From contig NC_087436.1 in assembly GCF_036321535.1 (NCBI RefSeq), forward strand, positions 110,548,001 through 110,612,000: DNA of 64,000 nucleotides. The letters run 5' to 3'. This document shows, piece by piece, positions 1-12,450 of this stretch (positions are counted from its first letter, which is position 1; every line of letters starts with the position of its first letter). The stretch is from Camelus dromedarius (Eukaryota). The notes below the pieces were generated by a model, which saw only the letters and a program-made list of their open reading frames with translations, was not told where the DNA came from and searched no databases. The translations under genes were made by a program, and so were the position numbers.

Positions 1-4
1 TTTC

Positions 5-135
5 TGTCTCCTCCACCAGTTTATGAGCTCTTCCAGAACAGAAGCAGTGTCTTGCTTGTGTCTGCAACCCAGCACTTAGCACTCAGTAGACAAAATAAAC
101 TCTTGTCAAATAAGTTGTGAATAAATGGTAGATAA
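5..135 (+). mobile_element. L2 LINE 3' end fragment
   Basis: 'tttatgagctcttccagaacagaagcagtgtcttg...cccagcacttagcac' resembles the L2 3' terminus; recognised by eye. Confidence 0.6.
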
Positions 136-528
136 ATGATTGTAACCAGTCACTTCAATGTCTTCCTTTAATCATTATACTGACTCTGTCAGAAAATTGT
201 CTTTCAACACAGTTTTTAAATTCCTTTTTAGACACTGACCATCTTCCTGATGTATACTACTATTCTTGCCTCAAAATCAAGGCACTGAAATCTGCTTTGG
301 GGACCTCCTGAGAGACTTATAAAAACCAGTTCCCTACAAGAAATTGTCTTAAGCTAAAGGTTGACGCACACAAACAGAAACTCGCGGTTACTTTAAAATC
401 ATGAAAAGACCTATGTCCTTTGGAATATGCTTCTTAAGACAAATTTCCTTTTCCAAAGTTGGAGAAGCCACAGCTATGTTCTAATACTGATTTGTGAATA
501 CTCTCTGGAATAATTTACATCATTTCAG

Positions 529-625
529 TATTATGGCTTATGAACCTGTTAATGGACAAAGACTTCACGATATTTCTAACGGTCGCACACCACGACTGTT
601 TCGTTACACTGCAGAATGGCTTTAG
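529..625 (+). CDS. Probable terminal coding exon of an unidentified gene (upstream exons lie outside the window)
   Basis: Acceptor TTTCAG at 523-528. Frame from 530 reads IMAYEPVNGQRLHDISNGRTPRLFRYTAEWL then TAG at 623-625. Several CpGs are retained against a CpG-poor background, and AATAAA follows about 300 nt later. Protein not recognised. Confidence 0.5.
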
Positions 626-922
626 AGCTTCTGATGCTTTTACTTAGTTTTTCCTGAGAAACTGTTTTGTATGGGATCCTCAGAAATGTGCTGGTTGGCT
701 GTGGACTACACATTTGCACCTAATGATGACAGCCATGTGGCCGGAGGTGGTAAGGTACAGAACGCCATGAGAATGACAAAGGAAAACTCAGACACCCAGT
801 TGAAGCTACCTTTTGCTTAGGTTGTTTTTTCAGTCACTGTATTTCTCTGTAGGGAAATCCAAGAGACTTGGAAAGCATGTATCTCCCTTTGGGAATATGC
901 AAGTCAGCATCCTTTACCATTT

Positions 923-928
923 AATAAA
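923..928 (+). terminator. Candidate polyadenylation signal AATAAA for the exon starting at 529
   Basis: AATAAA followed by T/GT-rich sequence (TTTTATTCTTGAACTTGATCTGTTG), in non-repeat DNA. Confidence 0.45.
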
Positions 929-1327
929 CATTTTATTCTTGAACTTGATCTGTTGACATCTTTTCATCAATTATATTACTCCCAAGTTGTGAAGATAACA
1001 CAGTTGAAATACCGAAGTCAACATAAGCATTGGGTATTTCTGAGTTTTAGTGATTTTGCAAACAGTTTTTTTCTTGGAGAAGGAGCTGGCCAGGTTGTCT
1101 AGATGATCCTGTATGAGAATACTGACAAAAGAAAAGAAAGTGGGTATCTCAGGAGGTAAGTAGATGCTTATTGATAAAATGAAAGGAAGATGGACAGAAA
1201 GTAATGGTGGTGGTAGAGGAGGAGGAAAAATTAAGGTGTGTCACAGAAGCCCCAGCACTGAACATTTAAATTCACTATGATGTTCTCAATAAGCAAGTTT
1301 GAATTTTTATAATCTAGTTGACAACCT

Positions 1328-1381
1328 GGAAGGAACAAAGGAAGGAACGAAGGAATGAAGGAACGAAGGAAGGAAGGAAAA
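1328..1381 (+). repeat. Degenerate (GAAG/GGAA)n purine tract
   Basis: ggaaggaacaaaggaaggaacgaaggaatgaaggaacgaaggaaggaaggaaa. Confidence 0.85.
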
Positions 1382-2614
1382 TAAAGTGAAATCTAGTAGA
1401 TTTTGGCAGAGATTTAGTCTAACTCTAAAGTTTGATTCTCCACAAATTGTTTTCAATAATAATAGTTAGAGGAGTAAATACATGGTAATAAGAACGTGAC
1501 AATACATAACAAAATGTTGTCTAAATTGTTTCCTCTCATTTTTATTACTGTCTTTAGGATAGAGGTTCAAAGATTTATTCACGCGACAGAAAACATGCTA
1601 AAATTTTTACTAAATTTTTAAATACATTCTTTTCCACCTTCTTGATTTCCTTTTGACTAGATTCATGAGGACAAAAATGCTACCAGGTTGACTAGTCTGT
1701 TGGATTATTACTGAGTCACTATTCATTTCGAAAGCTGAAATTAAAATTATGATTTTCTTCATGGACCCAGCAGCTTGCCATACAAGGCAGGTAACCACAT
1801 TTTCATTACTCCAAGATTTATGAACATGGGCAATATTAATTATAAATACCAAACCAACTGCTTTACTTCCTTTATCCAAATGTAGTAATAGGCCACTTAA
1901 TAAATAAAGGGTTAATATAGAACCAAAATTTTTAGAACACAAAACTGGCAAAACTAGAAGTTTCTTGTTCCCACAGTGTTTGCTTCATTGGTTATTACTC
2001 CTAATTTTATATCAAGTCTCATGAAGCCTGCTATTTTTTGCAAAGTACCAAAAAATGCAATAGCAGTTTTTCTCTTAATTTTGCCAGACTGCAATAAGAA
2101 AACAAGGGAAACGCATTAGTTCAGCAAAAAGAAACATCATTCTCTGTCCTTAGCGTCTTTGGGGATGGTGGGAGTATGTGCCTCTCAGAGTAGGAAAAAA
2201 TATTTGATAAGATAATCTATTTTCATTCTTACTGGAAAACCAATCTTTCAGGCTGGAACAGGTTTTATGTGTTAGCTTGCTTGGTTGTTTTTTTTTTAAC
2301 AAACCAGCATAGTGTCTTTTTATATTTATATTCATATTTGGATAGTCTTTTTAAATTGGGGATTTTTTTGTCCATAAAGTCGGTACAAAGAATAACCCAG
2401 TTGAATGGAAGGAGATGGAAACTGGAAGTCAAATAACTTGAATTGAATTTATTTTCTTTTACTGATCATCAAGATGATTGCTATTCACATCACAAGAAAA
2501 GTTTTATCTACCTAGCACTTCTAAGCTAATATCTAAGCAAAGCATCAATCTAAGACGGTCAGAGGCTCTTAGTGGTAGAAGAAATCCTAGAGATCAGCAA
2601 ATACAGCCCCCAGC

Positions 2615-2752
2615 GCTAATGTTTCTCTGTGCATGAAGCATGAACCACTTGGATCAGAATCCACTGAGATGCATACTAAAAATGTGGACCCCCTACTAGA
2701 CTTACTGAATTACAGTCTACACCATTAGCATGCTCTCTAACATTTGAAAACA
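2615..2752 (+). mobile_element. MER5-like hAT-Charlie MITE remnant
   Basis: 'atcagaatccactgagatgcatactaaaaatgtggaccccctactagacttactgaatt' resembles the MER5A core. Confidence 0.45.
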
Positions 2753-3299
2753 AATCTAATTACCTTTCACATGTCAGCTCTTCAAATATTAAAGACTGAT
2801 ATTGTCCTGCTGCTGAAATTTTCCTTTCTAAGTACCCTGTGCCCAAGGATAGTTAAATATCTGTTAAAGAATGTGCAATGACCACTATTTCTCAAATCAA
2901 ATTTAAAATGGGAGAAAGAGATTAGTATCAGCAGAGTCATTAGTCAGAATTTATCAAGCCTTGTTTCTAAGGAGACTACAACTAAAAGGTATTCAAATCA
3001 CTTAGCCCAGTGTCTGGCGCACAAGTCCAAGCAGTGGAAGGTGTTGGCAGCAGGAAGGGCAGCGGTGCTGGCGACAGCGGTCGTGGCCGGGGAGGTGACG
3101 GTGGTCCTGCAGTGCTCTGCAGACTCGCTGCTGTCTGCCTGCTTTCCTTCCTATCTCCTCCCCTCCCTCCTTTCCTTTCTTCTCCCTTTACATTTTTTTT
3201 TTTAACAAATCAAACAATAGCTTTAATTTTTATTAAAAAAGCAAAACTCCTTTCCCACATTCCATCATACAAAGAGGTTCAGTTACACACGGCATCATC

Positions 3300-5480
3300 T
3301 TTCAGCATTTGTTTTTAGCCCTTCTGATAATTTTCTTTCTGATATGAAGTAACATGTTAACAACTACATTTCCTGACTTAACCTATGACCACAACTAATG
3401 ACTCTGTATTATGATATTTAACTCCCTGAACCTCCACTCTCTCCCTTCCCTTCTTCCCAAAGGTTACCATTTATACTGTCTTTTCAGTCCATCAAATGAT
3501 CATCTCTGCAACATCAGTTATACCTTGATTTCTTGTTCCACCAACTTTTGACGGTGTCTCTTGGTTTTCAGCAGCAAGTTCTTTGTTCCTCCTCTTTCAT
3601 GCCTCCTTTATCTCTATCCCACTTTCACTTGTGAATCATCCATAAATTGATCATAAAAGGTGAAAAGCAAAGAACAGCATTTAATAAGTATGATATGTTA
3701 AGATCGTGTTTGTTTTTCTACAGGTCCTATATTGAGTTCTTGGATCTAATGAGGAGGAATAGTCTGTATTATTCAATTTGTTACCACACGCATATGGCTT
3801 GGGTAAACATTAAATAAATTGGGAAAAATTCAGTATGTAGAGAAGGGAAGAGAGGCAAGAAGTCCGCGCGTACAGCCACCAGCACCGTGGTCTCGCCCTC
3901 CACGCTGCTGCTTGGGCCTCTTCAACCAATGCAGCCGTCACTGTGAATGGATTCTCTTTTACTATGTTCCATATATTGCTGCAAATTATTACATGTGTCA
4001 TTTTACTTCCTATCTGTAATATTTTTTGGTTGGATTTTAAAATTTTGGTTACTTCCCTTTATCCTTATATTATTTGCCATAATTATATCTTCACTTTTAA
4101 AAAAAATCAATCTCTTGATTATCTATCTATGCTGACCCAACTCTTTATTTTTTTTCCCTAGAAAACCTCCCTTGGAAGCTCCCTCCTTCTGCAAATGCAC
4201 ACTGTTTTCTCGCTGTACAGACCCCGCTAACTATCTGCTAGTCCAGACCTGCTGGTTCCTGCATGCCTTCATCTTTGCTTATGTGTGTATAACGCTTCGT
4301 TACAGTACATTTTCAAGTTAACTTCCTGCGAAAGACTAGATGTTTTTTAAATTTCCCTGAAAGTTTTAGAATATGAGCCTTTATTTTCCAGCAACAAGTG
4401 TTTCTGGAAGCTGCTAGGATCTGTGTTATCCTTGATGTTCTGAAATTTCACAGTGATGTTTCCAGATGTGAGTCCTTTTTCCCACATTCATTGTTCTGGA
4501 CACTTAGTATGTCCTTTTACTATGAAAATGTGTGTCCTTCCTTTACCCTTAAGAAATTCTCTTCTTTTATCTTTTAATAATTTTCTCTTTTCCACTTAGT
4601 ATGACTTCTGTTTCTGTGGTTTAATTGGCCGACAGTCGCCCTCTTGTATTGCTCTGGTAGGCTCCTTTTATTTTCTCACATTCTCCCTATCTTTGTCCTT
4701 TTTGTTTTAAGTTCTAAGACATTACTTCAAATTTATGTATCAGGCTGTGAATAGAAATTTTTGATTTTTCAATCATATTTTTAGTTCTTACTGTTTTCTG
4801 ATTTTCTTTTTTAGAGAATACTATTTTTACTTTATTTTTGTGATATCTAATTGATTCTGGGTGTATTAACTTTCCTTCTGTTCCCTGAATTGTATCTATT
4901 TCCTCCAGGGTGAGTTTTTCTGTTTGTAGTGGCCTTTCTCTTTCATACTTCTAGTTCTTTACATACAACTAGTGACTCGTGGTTGTCTCTACATGTTTAA
5001 AACGAAGGACTTGCCAGCTCACATGGGTCACCTCTGCTCTACATGTGGAGGGGTCCTTCCAACCAAGTCTTGGAGTGGGAATTTTAATGACATTTCTGTG
5101 TGGGAAAGATACGTTCCTGGAGGGGAAGCTATACTGAATGACTGGCCAGTGTCACAGGAGGAGGAGCAGGCAGTGCCTGGCTCTCAGGCAAGTCCAAAAG
5201 CAACAGTTTTTGGGTGTTTTTTTTTTTCCTGGAAAAGGATCTAGCCAGATTCCCTAGATCTAGACAAATGTTAGTGTGACAGAGTTTTATTCAGAGGTAT
5301 TGAATTTCACACTAGAATAGTTAGCTTTTCCAAATACTTGCTTCAGTTTTGTCAGAGTAAAGTCCCCTGGTCTGCGTCCTTAATCTTTGCAGCCAGTCTG
5401 TACTTCCCTTGTTCCTGGTAACACAGCTGATAAATTTTGAACACTGACAATCTGGCACCAGCACCCACTCTTCTCATAAC
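3300..5480 (-). mobile_element. Ancient L1ME/HAL1-like fragments (5' end/ORF1 region, heavily decayed)
   Basis: T-rich plus strand with motifs such as 'ttatccttgatgttctgaaatttcacagtgatg' and 'ctttgcagccagtctgtacttcc', typical of antisense old L1/HAL1; boundaries uncertain. Confidence 0.45.
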
Positions 5481-6877
5481 TGCTCTATGCCATCTTTCCA
5501 AAGACTCAAAGGTACATACGTGAAAAATACTTGACAAGGTTTTACTGTTCCTGATTAGAAACAAACTGAAAATTTCAGTATTCCTGGTATGTGGCAGCTC
5601 AGAACCTTAGCATATGCACAGATCCACCCTGAAAAAGAAAAGAAAATGAGTGGTCCAAATTTTGTCCAAGTATCTTCTAACTCCCCCACAGTGTTCAGAG
5701 GCTTGGGAGAGGATGGTAGGGCCACCAGGCTGAAGCAACTTTCCTGTGAATGGATCCTCAATGTCCCTTGTCAGTTTCAGCGTACTTGTCCCAGTGATGA
5801 GCCTTCATATCCAGCCACAGGTTGCTGGGAGCTGCACCAGACTGACTGGCCCTCATGTCTGAAAGCCTCTTCTGATATGTGTTTATGCTGCAGTGACTCG
5901 CCCTGTCCTGTCTCCTTTCTGTCTTCCCCAAATCTGTAGAAAATCCTTGCTCACTAGTCATATCCATGCCTAGACAATTTTCCTAATTTCCTCTGACATT
6001 ATAGGAAGGGGCTCAAAAGAAATGAGGGACTCATTTCTGAAAAGTTCAAAGTATATAACATAACATTCTTCTTGGGATACTTGAAGATGTTCTCAGAGTT
6101 TGATCCAGTTCTAAGAAACGATGACTTTCTGCCAATATCATGTTATTCCATGAATCCTTTACTTGGATTTTTTTTTCTCTTTCTAAAATCTTGAAAAAAA
6201 AAATCTCTCTTTGGACAGCAAATTCTCATCTAGCCTTTGTACTCTTGTCACCTTAAACAGCTGTTGTAACTAGATTTTTAAAAGAAGAAAAGACCCTGTT
6301 TTTATATCAACAAATCTTTTCTAATATCCATATATGGATTCCTTCACTGCTAGAAATATCACACCTAAATTTTATTCCAGACTCAAAATGAGCTGCAAAT
6401 TGAAGTTTACAAGTGATATTTCACGCTTAACCACTCCACCACTATTTTTTACAAAGACATATATCTGCAATAAAAATACTCCTAAAGTAGGTGCTGCTAT
6501 AGCAACTGATGGTCCCTTCTGCCCAGGGAGCCTAAGGGCGCAAACCACAAAACTGACAATTCTCTTGGTAGTTCCTGACTGTATCAAAGCTGAAAGATAA
6601 TTTTTTTTTTCTCAGAAGGATGTTTCTTCTCAAGGTCACAGATCCCAAGTCAAATTTGAATCCTGCATCATGTTCTAATTTAAGCAAATATCATCTCAAA
6701 TAGCCCTTGTGTTTTCAAATTTGATGCTGTTTTTAAACTTGTATAATTAATTTCTTATTTCACTTCTTATTCTTCTAAAGTTGGCTTTACAACAGCTTTT
6801 CCTATGAGCAGTTTATCTAAGGGAATCATGGAGGAAGGCCAGAAATCAGACCACTGTTAACAGTTATGACACCAGCT

Positions 6878-6980
6878 ATTATTTATTGAGTGCCTGACAG
6901 ATGTCAGGTGGATCGCTAAGCTCTTTGCATAAATTATCTCATTATACCTTTATGAAAAACCCTATCAGTTGGATGAGAAA
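6878..6980 (-). mobile_element. MIR SINE fragment
   Basis: 'atttattgagtgcctgacagatgtcagg...ctaagctctttgcataaattatctcatt'. Confidence 0.7.
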
Positions 6981-7154
6981 GAAAGAAACATCCCCGAAGT
7001 CCATTTAGCCTAACTTCCCATACCGTTAGGTGAAAACTTCCATCATAATGTGACATGTTTCACTCCCAGATATTTCAGCTGCAGAATCAGTATGTGCAAA
7101 GCCCAGTGGTCAGAAGAGCTTGGAGAAGATGCTCTTCTCAAAAACAAGCAGAGT

Positions 7155-7266
7155 GGGGAGGGTAATAGCTCAGAGGTAGAGTGCATACTTAGCATGCATG
7201 AGGTCCAGGGTTAAACCCTCAGTACCTCCACCTAAATAAATAAATTGCATTCCTTTTTTAAAAAAA
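7155..7266 (+). mobile_element. Vic-1-type camelid tRNA-Ala-derived SINE
   Basis: GGGGAGGGTAATAGCTCAGAGGTAGAGTGCATACTTAGCATGCATGAGGTCCAGGGTTAAACCCTCAGTACCTCCA followed by a TAAATAAATAAA/A-rich tail; AAGCAGA occurs on both sides (partial TSD). Confidence 0.9.
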
Positions 7267-7335
7267 TAAGAAGCAGATAATAAACTGATATTCCCAACTC
7301 TGGACATTTATCCAATTAGGAATCTATCCAATTTA

Positions 7336-7436
7336 GATATATGCATTTTATGCACAGATGTATAGGTATGTGTATATATATATATTGTATATGTGTATGT
7401 GTATATAAATATGTGTGTGTGTGTGTGTGTGTGTGT
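7336..7436. repeat. (TA)/(TG)n compound microsatellite at the edge of an L1
   Basis: TA/TG-rich run ending in a pure (TG)n stretch at about 7412-7436. Confidence 0.9.
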
Positions 7437-8092
7437 ATTTCTTCCTTTATCCATTCATCCATCAATGGACATCTAGGTTGTTTCTGTAACTCGGCTGTTG
7501 TGAATAATGCCGAACATGGGAATCCAAATACGTCTTCAAGGTACTGATTTAATTTCCTTTGGAAATATACCCATGAGTAGGATTACTGGATTATATGGTA
7601 GTTATATTTTTAACTTCTTGAGGAACTTTCATACTGTTTTCCTTAGTGGTTGCACCAATTTGTATTCACATCAACAGTGCACACTTTTTTTCTACATCCT
7701 CACCAACATTTGTTATCTCTTATCTTTTTGATAATAGCCATTCTATGAGGTAATACCTCATTGAGATTTTGAATTGCATCTCCCTGATGATTAGTGCTGG
7801 TAAGCACCTTTTCACGTAGCTGTTGGACATTTGTATGACTTCTTTGGGGAAATGTCTATTCAGGTCCTTGGCCTGTGTTTTAATTAGGTTATTTCTTCTT
7901 TTGCTATTGAGTTATACGTGTTCCTTGTATATTTTAGATAGTAACCCTTTATCAGATATGTAGTTTGCAAATATTTTATTCCATTCCATAGGTTGCCTTT
8001 TGATTTTGTTGATTGTTTCCTTTGATGTGCAGAAACTTTTTAGTTTGATGTAGTCCCACTTCTTTATTTTTGCTTTTATTGCCTAGGCTTTT
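7437..8092 (-). mobile_element. L1 ORF2 C-terminal/3' segment (non-inverted part of a twin-primed insertion)
   Basis: Canonical antisense L1 sequence, from 'tttatccattcatccatcaatggacatctaggttg' to 'gatgtagtcccacttctttatttttgcttttattgcc'. Confidence 0.92.
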
Positions 8093-8820
<728 letters not shown>

Positions 8821-9127
8821 CAAAGTTTACTTTAAAGATTATATACAAGGAATCATGAAGCACAACCGGTGGGTTATCCGCCTCCAGTTCCTTTTCACAT
8901 AGAAATAATCCTTAACTGGGTATGTTTATGTTTGGGAAGGAGAGTTTTTCCATTTTCTGTAAGACTGTATCCTCTTATAAAGGTCCCATGTCATGTTTTC
9001 CTTGGTCAGGTGAAATACTTTCTGTATAAAGGCTTATTTGTAAGTTGTAATCTTCAAATGCATTTACTCAAAATATTTTCTAATTGGTTTCTACCAAAGT
9101 TGTACCTCCTCACCAAATTTTGATGTT

Positions 9128-10180
9128 GTCTGTTTATTCATTTAACACATATTTAATGATATTTATGAAACATCTATCATGTGTTAAATATTGAACTAGG
9201 AAATTAGAGTGGATAAAGGAAACATGTCTTATCCTTCATAATGAAGACATACAAACAAGTAGTAAATTATAATAAGCCGGGTAATTATGAGCATATTTGA
9301 AGGTGTCCCTGATCCAGCCTGAAGAAGGGGGAGAGTGGAGAAGTTAGAAGATGTGATATCTAAGCTAAAATAAATAAAGATTTGTCAGGATATGATGATT
9401 CTCCAGCTGAAGGAACAGTCTACACACACCCTAAGGCCGGAAGGAGCACGGCGCTGCTATGAAGCTCAAGTACAACGACACGGCTGGAACGTGTAGGGGA
9501 GGGAGTGGCTAGAAATAAAACTGGTAGGTGAGGTGGAGCATGAGCTTAGAGGGACCTGTAAACCATTATACAAGGTTTGGAAATATTAATAATCTGATGG
9601 TGGGTTTTAAAGAGAGAGGTGACATGACTGTATGTGTCTTAGAAACATCGCACTGCTGGCAGCGTCCCACGTTTGAAAGCACGTGGGCCGTTTATAAGGC
9701 TCCTGCATGACTCTAGTCTCTTCTGCTCACAGTGGGATCCTCAGACCAGCAGGGTGGGCATCACCTGGAAGATTCTCCGAAATGCAGAATCTCAGGCCCC
9801 ACCCCAGAATTACCAAATCATAATCCACATTTCCACAAGTTCCCCAGGAGATGTTTGAGATGCTCTGCACAACAGCAGTGGTTCCCAAATTCGGGGGCAT
9901 ATTGGTGTTATCTGGGAAAAGCTAGCAAAATAGCGATGCCTGGGTCTTTCCCCCAGAGATCCTGATTTAGTTGGAAACCAGTGGTTCTCAAACGTCCGTA
10001 TATGTTAGAATCACCTGAGGGGATTTTAAAGCTGCTGATACCAAAGCTGCATCCCAGACCAATTAAAAGCAGACCAGAAAGATGCGCAGGAGAGAAGACT
10101 GATAGAACTTGGTGATTAATCAGATGTGGAGAATGGCAAGAGAGAAGTCACCCAGAATTTGGGCTTGAGAAACTAGCAAA
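9128..10180 (-). mobile_element. L2 fragment interrupted by a MER5 cluster
   Basis: 'ttattcatttaacacatattta' tail and 'gggttttaaagagagaggtgacatgac...cactgctggcagc'; resumes after about 10075 with 'gactgatagaacttggtgattaatcagatgtgg'. Confidence 0.65.
9713..10072. mobile_element. Three adjacent MER5A/MER5B hAT MITE pieces
   Basis: MER5A core 'gaccagcag...catcacctgg...aaatgcagaatctcaggccccacccc' (9713-9868), then two further CAGTGGTTCYCAAA-type termini at about 9876 and 9979. Confidence 0.8.
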
Positions 10181-11611
10181 AGCAAGACATCCAGCAGTCT
10201 TCCTCCTGAGCTCATTCTGCCTCCAACATTGTGCACCACTGGCAGCTGCATTCTCTCACGAAATCCACATTTTTTTGACCCTGCAGCAATGGGGAGAGAG
10301 CCTTTGAATATGTATCGATGCGGGGGGGGGGGGTCCTTATAAAGAATTGGAATTCTAAAGAAAAAAATAAATCAGATTTCTCAATATGCAGAAACATTGA
10401 TTTCCATTTCCTGTGCAAAACCTTTCATATCTCCTGCAGAATGAGTTCAGCTGTGCCAAAGAGGGCAGCACCAAGTCCTCCCGAAGATCATGAGAACCGA
10501 CTGCGCTGCTTGCCAGTCTTTTGTTTCCTTATGTGATGCCACCCTCAGACTACGAGCTCCTTAAGGGATGCAGCGTCTTGGTACCCCTCGAGCTCGTAGC
10601 ATGTAGCATATGCTCTTGAATGCTATTTGTATGAAGACACAAATGGTCAAGGAATAAAATGTAGTTTACACAAAAAGCTAATAAATTCTCTTTGACAGAG
10701 CTGATTCATAAACACACTTATTTTCCCCCCTAAACTGCTTGAATTTTCCTTTCTGTCCACATCTTCCCATAGAAAGCTTACAGGCAGCCACTGCCAATTA
10801 ATGCTAAACACATTCATTGGTCCAAGGGGATATCATTTCTGATTAAGAATTAACACACTTTGGCATGAAGCTGTCAATGTCAATCGGTTTAAATCCAACT
10901 GAAATGTCAAATCACTTAGCATATGGCATACCCATATCTAATGCTGAAAGCAAGGGTGACATTCTCCCAAAGAGAAAACAACCCTAGTACATAGTGAGCT
11001 GCAGAGCCCTTAAAGGGCCAAACCCCATCTGAAAACACATGAAGTCTTGTGCTTAAAATTTTCAATATCTATCCTTTCATAAGCAAGTAAATGTAAATCA
11101 TAAGGGAGCAGAGCCCGATCTGCTCTATTCTTCACGTCATTCCCGAGACTACAGCAGTGCCTGGGACAAGGTGAACGCGCCATAAATATCGGCTGAAAGA
11201 AGAGATACAGTTTTCTATCAAAGCAGAAACATCACCTCTGCCCACCACTACAGAGCCCATTAGCAGTCACGTATTTATGCTACTGTTTGTTTTAAAATGC
11301 AGTAAGAGTGCTTACAGGACAAGTCTGGAAATTTTGATAGGAAAGAAAGAGGACATTTGAACAATAGATTGTAAGAAAATTATGAGCAGTATCTGTGCAA
11401 AGGGGATTATCAAAACTGATACCATCAACCTGCACAGCTCTCTTGTGAAACCAAACTGCACCAATACATCCACATTAGCCCTTGTGGAATGTGATTTTGG
11501 ACTCACAAACAAATAACTTACAAAGAGCCTTTCAAAAACTGGATGGCCATAAGTTAAGGCACCTCTATGCCAGACTTCCAAGAGGAAATAATATTATGTA
11601 ATTAATAAATG

Positions 11612-11820
11612 GTTACTGACATTTATTGAGAGTTTACTATATGCCAGACAATGTTTGAAATTATCATATCTATTCATTCACTTATGAGCCACAAGAAATC
11701 AGCTTGCTTCCCTTGTTATTCCCATTTTACAGATGAGGAAGTTGAGACTGGGAAAAGTTAAGCAACTTGCCCAAAGTCACACAGCTAAAAGGCGACCGAG
11801 ATGCGAATCATACTCAGGCG
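11612..11820 (-). mobile_element. MIR SINE
   Basis: MIR core 'attcccattttacagatgaggaagttgagact...gttaagcaacttgcccaaagtcacacagcta'. Confidence 0.9.
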
Positions 11821-11951
11821 AAATACAGAAGTGATTTTAATACAATGTGATCCAAATTAAAACTAGACTAATAAATCTCTGGGCACATTTAAAGGAAAAC
11901 AGTTAAGGGTTACGAGTCCATTGCTGAATGATCTCTCAAAATTAGAACACT

Positions 11952-12450
11952 GATCATTCATTAAGAACAAAACCAGTCAATGGAATGTCTTCCTTGTACC
12001 GGGCACTGTTTTATAGGGAGGCAGGAATGCAGTCAAGTTAAGTTAGAAGATGCCCCTGCTCCCGTGGAGTTTACCTTCTAGTGAGGAAAAATAGATTATA
12101 TGCATGAAAACGTATAAAGATGTATTTTCAAATCCTGGTAAGTGCTATGAAAAAAAGCAAGCAGGGTAATGTAGTAGAGAGTGACTTTGTGACTTACCGG
12201 TTACTTTACATTGGGTGGTGGAGAGATTTCTCTGAGACAGTGACACTTGGGCTGAGGTCTGTGTTGACAGGAGAGGCAGCCACTAGAAGAGCTGGGAAAA
12301 GAGAAATGTAATATAAGGAACTGCAGATGCAAAAGTGCTGAGCCTGGGGAGAGCCTGAAGCTCAGGGAGCAGCAATAATGCCAGCGTGGGGAAGGGAAGG
12401 TGGGGAGAGGAGGGAAGGAAGCAGTTCCATTGGGAGTTGCACTGTAATTG
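11952..12450 (-). mobile_element. L2 fragment
   Basis: 'cccctgctcccgtggagtttaccttctagtgagg...ggtaagtgctatgaaaaaaa...ttctctgagacagtgacacttgggctgag'. Confidence 0.8.

Noticed and set aside
1610..1951. 113-aa minus-strand ORF
   Set aside because: Non-ATG start, AT-rich, no recognisable domain or splice context; consistent with chance.
3010..3318. GC-rich 102-aa ORF / possible CpG island
   Set aside because: GTG start, low-complexity Gly/Ser then Phe/Pro content running into T-rich simple sequence; the GC-rich part is only about 130 bp.
7155..7230. tRNA-Ala(AGC) gene (also 18983-19056)
   Set aside because: Both have an A-rich SINE tail, flanking duplications and stem mismatches, so they are tRNA-derived SINEs rather than tRNA genes.
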